From assembly GCA_937129365.1 (NCBI GenBank), contig CAKZNB010000049.1, positions 133,498 through 197,497 on the forward strand: a stretch of 64,000 bases of DNA, in the 5' to 3' direction. Made by a program: the position numbers and the translations under genes. Under the pieces are notes generated by a model. It was not told the origin of the DNA. It saw nothing but the letters and a program-made list of their open reading frames with translations, and did not search any database. Below, one piece after another: positions 44,234-53,463 of the stretch (the first letter of the stretch is position 1; every line of letters starts with the position of its first letter). This DNA comes from an uncultured Flavobacteriales bacterium (GTDB lineage Bacteria > Bacteroidota > Bacteroidia > Flavobacteriales_D > CAJJDF01).

Positions 44234-45220
44234 TTATTTGACTATTGGGTATTGATAGTACTCGTCTAGTGAACTTGTCCATAATCTTTTGGAATAGCCA
44301 ACTTGTTTTCGGGAATAAAAAGTATAGTTTTTTCTATTGTCTCTAAACTTTATTTTATTCATTTTACGAGCTATTTTTCCTGTATGGATTTCTCCAGCAG
44401 GCGAATTTAATACAAATAATGAGTCTTTTTTTATCTCAAAACCAACATAATACCTATCTCTGGAATTTTGAATTAATATTGCTTTTCTGCACAATTGACT
44501 CTCAAAGTTGAGATACAAATTATAACGATTTCCATCAATTTTTGACCCTAATTTATAATGCCCAAAGGGTCTAGAAGTTTTATAGTTTCTTTCTAATTGT
44601 GCTACTAAGCTCGTAAATAGGCAATATTTGTAGTTTTTTGAACTTGCGCAGAAAAATTGATTTTGCCTTAAATTAACTAAGGTAATAGTATCATATTCAG
44701 AAACATACTCATAAGTTTTATAAAAATAACTAAAAGTACCTGTGTCACTGTTGATTATAACAGATTCATCAAGTGTTATTTGTCCAGTTTCTCGGTTTCT
44801 AATCTGAAAATGGGTATTAGTAATTGTATCAATTCTGTAACTGTTGGTTACATCAAGAAAAGCATATTTTACCTGATACACTGATAGTTTATTGTTTTTT
44901 ATTTTTCTGTTTATTTTCTTCCAAAAATCTTCAGGTCTTTTTTTAGCAAGCCGTTTGTTTCTTTTGTTTATTCCCGAAGAAAATATGTACAAAGAATCAT
45001 TATTAAAAAATACATTGTTGTACCAATATCCATTTTTTCTCTCGCTAAATTGAGGCAGAATACTGTCTACAAATCTGGTTTCAACAAAGCTAGAATCCCA
45101 GGTTTTGGTGGTGTAAAAACTAGTATCATATTGTACCTTTCGCACTCGCAGTATATTCCCTTCCTGTGCACTTGCACAGAAGGAAATAAGGAACAATATG
45201 ATACATAGTTTTGTTTTCAA
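44234..45220 (-). CDS. Hypothetical secreted protein (ECF-sigma operon)
   Basis: 328 aa. Signal peptide followed by GNILRVRKVQYD, similar to the start of the downstream protein. Confidence 0.6.
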   Translation of the reverse strand: MKTKLCIILFLISFCASAQEGNILRVRKVQYDTSFYTTKTWDSSFVETRFVDSILPQFSERKNGYWYNNVFFNNDSLYIFSSGINKRNKRLAKKRPEDFWKKINRKIKNNKLSVYQVKYAFLDVTNSYRIDTITNTHFQIRNRETGQITLDESVIINSDTGTFSYFYKTYEYVSEYDTITLVNLRQNQFFCASSKNYKYCLFTSLVAQLERNYKTSRPFGHYKLGSKIDGNRYNLYLNFESQLCRKAILIQNSRDRYYVGFEIKKDSLFVLNSPAGEIHTGKIARKMNKIKFRDNRKNYTFYSRKQVGYSKRLWTSSLDEYYQYPIVK

Positions 45221-45226
45221 CTTGTG

Positions 45227-46936
45227 TTATGATTTAAGTAATTTTTTTATTTCTGAAGTAGTTTTGTCTTTCACATCAAACACTATCATTCTGAAAGTGT
45301 GTGATTTACTTCTTTTGTCAATGTTTTTGAACTCACTTGGTTTAGCAACAGCAATCATGCCATTTTCTGTGACTCCCCAAAGAGCATTTTTTCTTCTTGG
45401 GTTAAAGGGCATTCTCGCCATTCTAGCAAAATCTAATGGGTAACAAGCGTTGGTTGATTTTTCGATTAAATCTAGCTTAGAAAAACTCAATTCCTCGCCA
45501 GTAGTTTCGTCTACATAATTTGCGTTTACCATCATTCCACTTGGTGGTTTTACGGGGTAATCTGCATTCCAAGTTCCAAATTTCCTGATTTTAAATACGC
45601 GTTGCATTTCTGCTGTACTTGTCTGTTGCACTGTCATGTTTCTTTTCATGGCTTGCAGAGTTCTTTCTCTAGCTTCTTGTTGTTTAGCATATTTTTCTTT
45701 AAGCTTCGCCAATTTCTTTTCTTCTACTTTTTGGGCAGCCACTTTATCCTTCAATTTGGTTTCATATTCTCCAAATTTCTGTTTAAATTTTTTAATTGCC
45801 ACTTCATAATCTTCGCCTTCTAACACAGGAGTTACGGCAATTTCTTCTTTTCTATCATCCTTTATTAATTGAATGATGTAATCTCCTTTTTTCTCTTTCA
45901 GTTTAATGTCATTCCATGTAACTTGGTAGGTGTCATCAGGTAAATCTTGGTTGCCAGTTACTTCAAAAATAGTTCCTGAATACACTACTAACTCTGGATA
46001 TTCCCCGTCAATTACATCAATTTTAAAATTCTTTTTTTCCTTGTTTGCTTTTTTGGGTTTACGAGGTTTAGTTTCTTTAATTGTTGTTACTTCCTTTTTA
46101 ATTACCTCAATTTTTTCTTCTACAAGTTCAATTTCAGATGGAGTTTCATCAATTGGATATTTGGTATCTACAATTCTTATCTCAACAGAGTTTGTGTCTG
46201 CAATTGCAATTTCAGGTTTTATTTCTTTTGTTACAGAAATAGAATCCTTCCCTTCATAATCCCATTTTCTTTTTTCTTCATCCAAATAATAGATGTTGAA
46301 TTTTGGGTCAGGATTTTTGGTGTGCATACAAATCACAAAGTTTTTTTCAGGAGTAATTTTCAGTCTTTTTCCATTCTGAAAACCTCTAATCTCCATCATG
46401 CCAGCCGATTCAAAAATATGTTTCTCGCCAAGTGTGTCATAATCCATAGGAATTCCACTTAAAAATATATCTGCTTGATCATGAAACTCTCGGTATTGTA
46501 CTTCTACTTCTCCCTCCACAATATTTCCTTCTTCATCCATAAAAGCACCTTTAGGTATGGTAATTTCTGTTCCGGTGTGGTGTTTTATTTTTCCACCCTT
46601 ATCAGCATTCACAAAATAGGATTCTTTCTTAATATCCAATTCAGGAATTGGTGGATTTACAAAAGGTTTTTCTTCAGTAGAATCAACTTGCTCAACAACG
46701 GTTAAAGTTTCTTGTGCTTCAGTAGTAGCTGTGTTTTCTTGTGTTCCAACATAAATTCCAGTAGCAATAGCTATAGCAGCTATTCCACCAACAAACCAGC
46801 TCATTTTACTGCCGTTTGGCTTGGGAGAAGTTGCACCTGCACCTCCAACTTTGCTCATCAAAGACCCAAAGTCTTTAGTCGCATTTATTTCATCACTGGC
46901 AAGTGGTTTTCTGTCAATATTTACTTTTCTTTTCAT
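45227..46936 (-). CDS. Single-pass membrane protein, putative anti-sigma factor/sensor
   Basis: 569 aa. Short cytoplasmic N-terminus, one TM (WFVGGIAAIAIATGIYVG), large external domain with a K/E-rich coiled coil. Lies 28 nt downstream of the ECF sigma gene. Confidence 0.5.
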   Translation of the reverse strand: MKRKVNIDRKPLASDEINATKDFGSLMSKVGGAGATSPKPNGSKMSWFVGGIAAIAIATGIYVGTQENTATTEAQETLTVVEQVDSTEEKPFVNPPIPELDIKKESYFVNADKGGKIKHHTGTEITIPKGAFMDEEGNIVEGEVEVQYREFHDQADIFLSGIPMDYDTLGEKHIFESAGMMEIRGFQNGKRLKITPEKNFVICMHTKNPDPKFNIYYLDEEKRKWDYEGKDSISVTKEIKPEIAIADTNSVEIRIVDTKYPIDETPSEIELVEEKIEVIKKEVTTIKETKPRKPKKANKEKKNFKIDVIDGEYPELVVYSGTIFEVTGNQDLPDDTYQVTWNDIKLKEKKGDYIIQLIKDDRKEEIAVTPVLEGEDYEVAIKKFKQKFGEYETKLKDKVAAQKVEEKKLAKLKEKYAKQQEARERTLQAMKRNMTVQQTSTAEMQRVFKIRKFGTWNADYPVKPPSGMMVNANYVDETTGEELSFSKLDLIEKSTNACYPLDFARMARMPFNPRRKNALWGVTENGMIAVAKPSEFKNIDKRSKSHTFRMIVFDVKDKTTSEIKKLLKS

Positions 46937-46964
46937 TTTATTATTGGTGTTTACTTTGTGTATT

Positions 46965-47534
46965 CTAGTTATTTAATTTTTGCATTTTTTTGATTACTCT
47001 GTGCGTTTTTACTTTTGCATTATTCTCAGTCAACTCAAGGATTTCTGCAATTTCTTTAAAACTTCTTTGTTCAAAAAATCTCATTTCGATCAGTTCTATT
47101 TCATTGTCTTCAAGCTCACTTAGTGCATTTATTAAGTCCTGATTTCCAATAGAAACTGGCACATCAATTTCTTCCGAAAGCTGTTCCAAATATTCGGTTT
47201 GCACATTTAGAGTAGGGGACTTAGATTGATTTTTAAGAAACTGATACGTTTCACTTTTGGCAATTCGGTACAACCATGAGCTAAATTTGAATCCCATAAA
47301 TTTGTACTTTTTGATGTTAGTCATAGCTTTTATAAAAACCTGCGAAGTAACATCTGCCGCATCTTCTTTGCTATCCATTCGTTGGTAGGCATACCTAAAA
47401 ATAGCTTCGTAATGTTTGTCGTATAGTTTCTCAAAGGCTTTTAAATCCTTTTGAGCAGCTTTTATCCAAGAGTCTTCCAGAGAATCTGTCTTGGTTTGTT
47501 GCGTTATAGGTTGGGTAATACTCATTGAATTCAT
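46965..47534 (-). CDS. ECF-type RNA polymerase sigma-70 factor
   Basis: 189 aa. Region 2 (FEKLYDKHYEAIFRYAY..DVTSQVFIKA) and region 4 HTH (SFKEIAEILELTENNAKVKTHR). Confidence 0.9.
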   Translation of the reverse strand: MNSMSITQPITQQTKTDSLEDSWIKAAQKDLKAFEKLYDKHYEAIFRYAYQRMDSKEDAADVTSQVFIKAMTNIKKYKFMGFKFSSWLYRIAKSETYQFLKNQSKSPTLNVQTEYLEQLSEEIDVPVSIGNQDLINALSELEDNEIELIEMRFFEQRSFKEIAEILELTENNAKVKTHRVIKKMQKLNN

Positions 47535-47555
47535 TTTAATTCGGTATTAAGTTAT

Positions 47556-47623
47556 AAAAAAAGAGTAGAAGCTGGGCGATACCGCAGTATCTATTTATTC
47601 ACTTGCCCTTGCTCCCAACTTCC
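47556..47623 (-). promoter_or_regulatory. Terminator-like stem-loop plus U7 in the 5' leader of the ECF sigma gene (attenuator or small-RNA terminator candidate)
   Basis: Minus-strand RNA GGAAGUUGGG...(inner GAUAC-UGCG-GUAUC)...CCCAGCUUCU-ACUC-U7. All 10 outer pairs form only on the minus strand (2 G-U). Ends 22 nt before the ATG. Confidence 0.45.
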
Positions 47624-47714
47624 CTCTTACATACTATAACGCGAAGTGGTGGATTGGTTACATGATTCTATTTAAAAATTTTGAGTTAAATATTTTTCAC
47701 TAATTTTAATCTCG

Positions 47715-48518
47715 ATGAGAGTCTTTATTTCCATATTATTAATAATTCTATTTATTTCTTCTTTTTCTCAAGATACCTTAGTTGAAACTGAATTAGTGTT
47801 GACAAAAAAAGAAAGAAGGGTAGAGAAAAGGTTTGTGCATCCTAAAAGTGTATTTATTCAAGTTGGTTCAGCTATGTTTGCCAATAAAGTAAAAATGTCA
47901 AGAGAGAATGATGTTTTTCAAAGAAGTTTTTTTATGTATAGTGCTTTAAATTTTTCACTAAAAGCTGAAATTGGAACAAAAAATAATTTTTTTTATGAGA
48001 TAGGATGTAACTATAATACCTATGATGAATTTTATATTTTAAAGGATATTGGATTTTACACTGCAAAAAGACATGCTTTTAATTCTTTAAATTTCCATGG
48101 AGGATATGGAAAACGAATTATCTTAAAGAACAACATTAATTTATTTAATGTGCAAATTGGTGGTTCTATAGGTTTTAATTTAAAAAGCCCTGTCAAATCT
48201 AATTCTATTGATAATAATGAGCCTATTTATGCTTCTAGAAATCCTTTTGTTTTCGGAGATAAACCAAGTACAGTTAGGAGAGTATTTCCCACAATTTATA
48301 TTGAGATAAGTAAAGATATTAGAGTTTACAAACGATTTTATGTAACGATGAGTTATAGATATGACCAAGGTTTTATATCTACATATCAGCAAAAATTTAG
48401 ATACGTCAATAATTCATCAGAAACTGAAGAGGTAGATAATAATATTACAGGAACTGCTCATTCTTTAATGTTTGGTTTTAAATACAGATTCTTACCCAAA
48501 AAATACCGTAAAAACTAA
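47715..48518 (+). CDS. Hypothetical outer-membrane beta-barrel protein
   Basis: 267 aa. Signal peptide, alternating strands, C-terminal ..LMFGFKYRF aromatic terminus. Confidence 0.55.
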   Translation: MRVFISILLIILFISSFSQDTLVETELVLTKKERRVEKRFVHPKSVFIQVGSAMFANKVKMSRENDVFQRSFFMYSALNFSLKAEIGTKNNFFYEIGCNYNTYDEFYILKDIGFYTAKRHAFNSLNFHGGYGKRIILKNNINLFNVQIGGSIGFNLKSPVKSNSIDNNEPIYASRNPFVFGDKPSTVRRVFPTIYIEISKDIRVYKRFYVTMSYRYDQGFISTYQQKFRYVNNSSETEEVDNNITGTAHSLMFGFKYRFLPKKYRKN

Positions 48519-48928
48519 ACTTTCCATTCCTTCCCATTCCGATAAACAGTTCCTTTAAACAAAGCCACTTTTTCATTATTTTGATTAAGAATAGTAATAG
48601 AGTAAATTCCAATTTTAGAAGTCAGACTTTCTTCAACTACTTGAGTTTTCAATATATTTCCAGCTTTTACTGGTTTGGTGTGCGAGATAGAAGTTTCAAT
48701 AGAAACGGATTGTATTCCATGTCCGTTTGCTGAGAAAGCCAAAGCACTATCTGCCAGTGAATAAGTAATTCCTCCATGGGCGATGCCAAATCCATTAAGC
48801 ATTTCTTCCCGCACAGTTAATTGCAACACAACGGCCCCTGCTTTTTCTTCAATGCGTTCAATCCCGAGCCATTTACTAAATGGATCGTTGTTGAACATCT
48901 TGTCTATGACTGTGGTTACTTTGCTCAT
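48515..48928 (-). CDS. PaaI-family hotdog thioesterase
   Basis: 137 aa. NGFGIAHGGITYSLADSA motif. 4-nt overlaps at both ends. Confidence 0.85.
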   Translation of the reverse strand: MSKVTTVIDKMFNNDPFSKWLGIERIEEKAGAVVLQLTVREEMLNGFGIAHGGITYSLADSALAFSANGHGIQSVSIETSISHTKPVKAGNILKTQVVEESLTSKIGIYSITILNQNNEKVALFKGTVYRNGKEWKV

Positions 48929-51321
48929 TTTTCTACTCCCATTTCTGAGATTTTATTCAAATAACTGGTAGTTGATTTTAAACTTTTTACGTACTTAGGT
49001 TTAGGGTCTAGACTCACAGCCTTGGTGTAATCCACTTCTGCACGAGTTAAATTTCCCATACTAAAATAGGTATTTCCTCTTTTGTAGTATAAAGAAGCAT
49101 CATTAGGCTTTGCCTTCAATTCTTCGTTTATTTCTTTGAGAATTGCTTTTTGATCCTCCATTTTCTTTTCCTGCGGAGTAGGACTTCTAACTAATTTCAT
49201 TTCGTCAATCAATCGAGTTGCTCCTGCGTATTTATCAATCACAAACAATACATAGCGAATATCAACAGTGATATTTCTGCAAATTTCTTCGCTAAACATA
49301 ATGTCACTCATGGTACTTTCCCAACTACGGTCAAAGTTTATTCCGATTAACTCTCCTTTTGCATTAAGCACCGGGCTTCCAGAGTTACCTCCAGTAGTAT
49401 GATTGGAACCAGTGAAACAAATTACCAAGTCGTTGTTTGTATTTCCATACATCCCATAATCTTTATTCTTGATTAGATTTATCAATTTTTCTGGCACATC
49501 AAATTCATCATTTCCAGGAATGTATTTTTCCATAATTCCCTCAGCAGTCGTAAAGTATTTATATTCCATTCCGTCTTTAGGGGCAGAACCTTCTATTTGT
49601 CCGTAAGAAACTCTTAAGGTTCCATTTGCATCATACCAATATTTTTCGGTAGGGAAAGCAATTTGAATAGCTTTAGAGTATTCTTTCATTAATGCTCCAA
49701 CTTTATCTTTGTGGGTAAAGTAAGAAGGTAAAATGGTGTTGTTCCATTTTTTGTAAAAATCCCTTACCATAATGTATGCAGGGTCTTTTTTAATTTTTTT
49801 TATATTTCTTGAATTTGGTTTGTTCAATCTTTTCAATAGTTTCCCGTCATTCAATAGCATTGATTTATCAAACATGGTATTTATTTTACCATCTACAGTA
49901 GATGGAGTTACACCAGGATGATATTTTTTTTGAACATTTTTGATAGCAACAGGATACATATTCATCCACATATTCTTTTCAAATTCATTCTGGTTAGATT
50001 TAATGTAACTCTTGTAGCTTTTCTTTAATTTTTCTAATTCATCTTCCCATTTTCCAGCTTCTTTTAGCTTTTCTTCAGCTTCTATCACTCTTACAAAATT
50101 ACCAATGTAACCCAATGTTCTTGGCCCAGAATAAATCATTTCGATAAAATAATCGAAAGCTCGTTGGTCTTCAATGTTAGATTCGTAAAGACTTTTTAAC
50201 TGAGGCAATAAATTTCCATATTGAGCTTTGAGAGTTGCATTGTTGTTGATTCGTTTTGTAAACTCTTTCTCTTTGGCTCTCTTTTTTTCAAGTGCTTTTT
50301 CTCTTATCAATCCAAAGTTTTGTCCTTTCCATTTTTTCCAAGCATTACTCACTCTCGATTGGTAAGAAGCATATTTTATTCTCAATTCCTCACTTTGTTT
50401 CATGGTAGCGTTTATCACTTCAAGCGATTTATCTCTCATCAAAATTCTAGCTGGGTTACTTCTGTTAATCGTTTGGTCTACCGCATAAGAAGATAAAAAC
50501 TGTTGAGTTCTTCCAGGAAATCCATACACCATCGAAAAATCTCCTTTTTTCACTCCTTTAAGAGAAATTGGGAAGAAATGTTTTGGAGAATAAGGCATAT
50601 TATCTTTTGAATAATCAGCAGGTTTATTGTCTTTATTTGCATAGATTCTGAACACTGAAAAATCTCCAGTATGCCTTGGCCACACCCAGTTATCCGTATC
50701 AAATCCAAATTTACCAATAGCAGAGGGTGGTGCTCCCACTAACCGAACATCCGTAAATCTTTCTATCACAAATGCAAAATATTTATTTCCATAATTGAAA
50801 GGCTTAATTTTTACCAAATACTTTGTTCCTTGCACCAATTCTTTAGTAATTGATTCTGATTTTCTTTTGATAAAAGCCTCTTCGCTTTCTCCATTTGCCT
50901 TTGTTCCGCCTAGCATTTTTGAAGTAACGTCATCAATTCGCACAATAAAATCAACATATAAATTTTTACTTTGTAGTTCTTCTTCAAAACTTTTTGCCCA
51001 AAATCCATCTCTCAAGTAGTTTTTCTCAACCGAACTGTGGCTTGCAATTTGCCCATACCCACAATGATGGTTGGTAAATAACAATCCTTTGCTCGAAACC
51101 ACTTCCGAAGTACAACCTCCGTTAAAGTGAGCCACAGCATCTTTCATACTCGAATTATTTACGGAATAAATATCCTCAGCAGAAATCACCATTCCTTTGG
51201 ATTGCATATCGCTCAAGTTCAATGCTTTAATCAGGTTTGGGAGCCACATTCCCTCGGTGGCAAGAGCCTGAGAAGAAATAAATACAATGGAAACGAAAAA
51301 TAGGATTCTTTTTAAACTCAT
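48925..51321 (-). CDS. S46-family dipeptidyl-peptidase (DPP7/DPP11-like) with C-terminal TPR tail
   Basis: Track ORF runs to TTG 51345. I prefer ATG 51321 (MSLKRILFF.. signal peptide). EGMWLP N-terminal motif, catalytic GGNSGSPV, C-terminal TPR-like YYKRGNTYFSMGNLTRAEVDYTKAVSLDP. Confidence 0.9.
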   Translation of the reverse strand: MSLKRILFFVSIVFISSQALATEGMWLPNLIKALNLSDMQSKGMVISAEDIYSVNNSSMKDAVAHFNGGCTSEVVSSKGLLFTNHHCGYGQIASHSSVEKNYLRDGFWAKSFEEELQSKNLYVDFIVRIDDVTSKMLGGTKANGESEEAFIKRKSESITKELVQGTKYLVKIKPFNYGNKYFAFVIERFTDVRLVGAPPSAIGKFGFDTDNWVWPRHTGDFSVFRIYANKDNKPADYSKDNMPYSPKHFFPISLKGVKKGDFSMVYGFPGRTQQFLSSYAVDQTINRSNPARILMRDKSLEVINATMKQSEELRIKYASYQSRVSNAWKKWKGQNFGLIREKALEKKRAKEKEFTKRINNNATLKAQYGNLLPQLKSLYESNIEDQRAFDYFIEMIYSGPRTLGYIGNFVRVIEAEEKLKEAGKWEDELEKLKKSYKSYIKSNQNEFEKNMWMNMYPVAIKNVQKKYHPGVTPSTVDGKINTMFDKSMLLNDGKLLKRLNKPNSRNIKKIKKDPAYIMVRDFYKKWNNTILPSYFTHKDKVGALMKEYSKAIQIAFPTEKYWYDANGTLRVSYGQIEGSAPKDGMEYKYFTTAEGIMEKYIPGNDEFDVPEKLINLIKNKDYGMYGNTNNDLVICFTGSNHTTGGNSGSPVLNAKGELIGINFDRSWESTMSDIMFSEEICRNITVDIRYVLFVIDKYAGATRLIDEMKLVRSPTPQEKKMEDQKAILKEINEELKAKPNDASLYYKRGNTYFSMGNLTRAEVDYTKAVSLDPKPKYVKSLKSTTSYLNKISEMGVEK

Positions 51322-51467
51322 AATTTTTTTGATTTTGTGAAACAAATATAATGAAACTCTAAGTTTTTATTAGTTTAGTATCTAATGGAAAATAATTTAT
51401 TTTGTAATCAATTATTATTGAACTTACAAAATAGAAATTGTACTTTTGAAGCTAGTCAAAAATTACC

Positions 51468-52142
51468 ATGTTTAAATTTGCTTTTTTATTAGGAATAGTT
51501 TTTATCTGTTTCAATATTATTTGGTTTCTATTTTCAACTTTGCTCAAGGCAATTTTAGGAAAAACTGGTAATGTAGAAAAATATATTTTGAGAATTTCTC
51601 AGAGTTATTTTTTGGCTTCGGTTGCTGCACTTGCCACTATTAATTATTCTTGTCCTATTTATTCAATAGGTGGTTTAGTTGTGTTGGGTTCAATTATTTT
51701 GTTTTTATACCTTATTAATAAAATTGAACAAAGGAGAAAAGTGATGCAATTTAACATGCAATTGAATAAGGATTATGTGAGTTTTAATAGTTCTACTCTC
51801 AAGTATGATGTTATTATTGCAATACTTACAGTCTGTTTTTATATCTATGCTTCCTACTATCCATCGTGTGTGCAGAACGGTGTAAATGATTGGTTGTATG
51901 CTTCTATTAATAGTCTATACAATGCTTTTTTTATTGGTTGGATAATTGGAATTATTGGCGTGTTTTTTATAATCAGTATCTTTATGAAAGGATTTATCTC
52001 TTTTCAGTTGATTTACAGACAGTTTTCTGAGATGATTAACGGAAAAAAAGCTCCGGCATTTGACGAGAATGAAGGATTTACTGATTTTGAAATCGTAGAA
52101 GAGGATGATGAGTCCGATCATTATATTGAAGATAAAGAATGA
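51468..52142 (+). CDS. Hypothetical integral membrane protein with acidic C-terminus
   Basis: 224 aa, about 5 TM helices. ATGA overlap with the next gene. Confidence 0.55.
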   Translation: MFKFAFLLGIVFICFNIIWFLFSTLLKAILGKTGNVEKYILRISQSYFLASVAALATINYSCPIYSIGGLVVLGSIILFLYLINKIEQRRKVMQFNMQLNKDYVSFNSSTLKYDVIIAILTVCFYIYASYYPSCVQNGVNDWLYASINSLYNAFFIGWIIGIIGVFFIISIFMKGFISFQLIYRQFSEMINGKKAPAFDENEGFTDFEIVEEDDESDHYIEDKE

Positions 52143-53278
52143 CAAACCACTGGGAAAAACACAAGTACATAGCCAAAACCTTAAAGGGATTGGAAGAGCC
52201 ATTAAAAGCAGAATTAGCTGAAATTGGAATTGGTAAATGCCGAGTTACAAATAGAGCAATTGAGTTTCATGCAACAAAAGAACAGCTGTACAAAGCCAAT
52301 TATTTATTCAGAAACGCCATCAATATTTTAAAACCTTTGTACCAATTTACTGCAATAAACGAGCAGGAATTATACGATAGAGTAAAAGAATTTGAATGGG
52401 AAAACATCTTTGGATTAGAAAAGACTTTTGCAATTTCACACTCTGTAAATTCAGATATTTTTACTCATTCTCAATATATTTCTTTAAAAACTAAGGACGC
52501 AATTGTAGATAGATTCAGAGATAAATTCAACAGTCGACCAAGTGTTGACCCTAAGCAACCTGATGTAAAATTTAATTTATTTATCAGAGGCGAAAAATGC
52601 TCTATTTTATTAGATACTTCTGGAGATGCTTTGTTCAAAAGAGGATACCGAATAGAAACTAACCAAGCACCGCTAAATGAAGTAATGGCTGCGGGTTTAA
52701 TTTCTCTTTCGGGTTGGGATAAAAATTCTACTTTGGTAGACCCAATGTGTGGTTCGGGAACTATTTGTATTGAAGCTGGGATGATGTTGTGTAATATTCC
52801 TGCAGGTTATTACCGTACAGATTTTGGTTTTTTCAATATGGAGGATTTTGATTTAGACTTGTGGAAGAAAGTAAGAAACGAAGCCAAAGACAAGATTGAT
52901 TTACGAAAAGGAATTACCATTTATGGTTCGGATTTAGCTATGAAATCAATCCGTATTTCTCAGAAAAATTTGGATAATGTGCCCGATTTAAAACGAATTA
53001 TAAGATTTAAAGGACAGGATGTGTTGGATATGTCTGCACCAGATGAAAAAGGAACCATGATAATTAATCCCCCCTACGGAGAAAGAATCTACAAAGATGA
53101 AGTAGCCATTCTTTATCAAAGATTAGGCGAGCATCTTGAGGAAGAATTCAAAGGATATACTCTAGGAATTTTAAGTTCTAATAAAGAAGCATTAGATTTA
53201 ATTCATTTAGATAAACAACGAAAAGTAGATTTAATGAATGGTTCTATTGAATGTGATTATAGGATTTATACGGTGTAG
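52139..53278 (+). CDS. THUMP-domain class I SAM-dependent RNA methyltransferase (RlmL/RlmK N-terminal-module-like)
   Basis: 379 aa. THUMP N-domain, DPMCGSGT motif I, NPPYGER motif IV. Confidence 0.88.
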   Translation: MTNHWEKHKYIAKTLKGLEEPLKAELAEIGIGKCRVTNRAIEFHATKEQLYKANYLFRNAINILKPLYQFTAINEQELYDRVKEFEWENIFGLEKTFAISHSVNSDIFTHSQYISLKTKDAIVDRFRDKFNSRPSVDPKQPDVKFNLFIRGEKCSILLDTSGDALFKRGYRIETNQAPLNEVMAAGLISLSGWDKNSTLVDPMCGSGTICIEAGMMLCNIPAGYYRTDFGFFNMEDFDLDLWKKVRNEAKDKIDLRKGITIYGSDLAMKSIRISQKNLDNVPDLKRIIRFKGQDVLDMSAPDEKGTMIINPPYGERIYKDEVAILYQRLGEHLEEEFKGYTLGILSSNKEALDLIHLDKQRKVDLMNGSIECDYRIYTV

Positions 53279-53463
53279 ATTATTAAATGTGTTTTAGGGA
53301 TTAAGGGAGATGACTGAAAAAGTAAAAGTCACCCACCTAACCTCCCTCAAGGGGGGAAAAATTAAAATACCATAATTATTTATCTAGCTTCTTTTTTAGC
53401 AAATATTAACACCATAAAATCAAATACTTTCGTTTCTTTGCAGGAGATAACACAACTTATATA

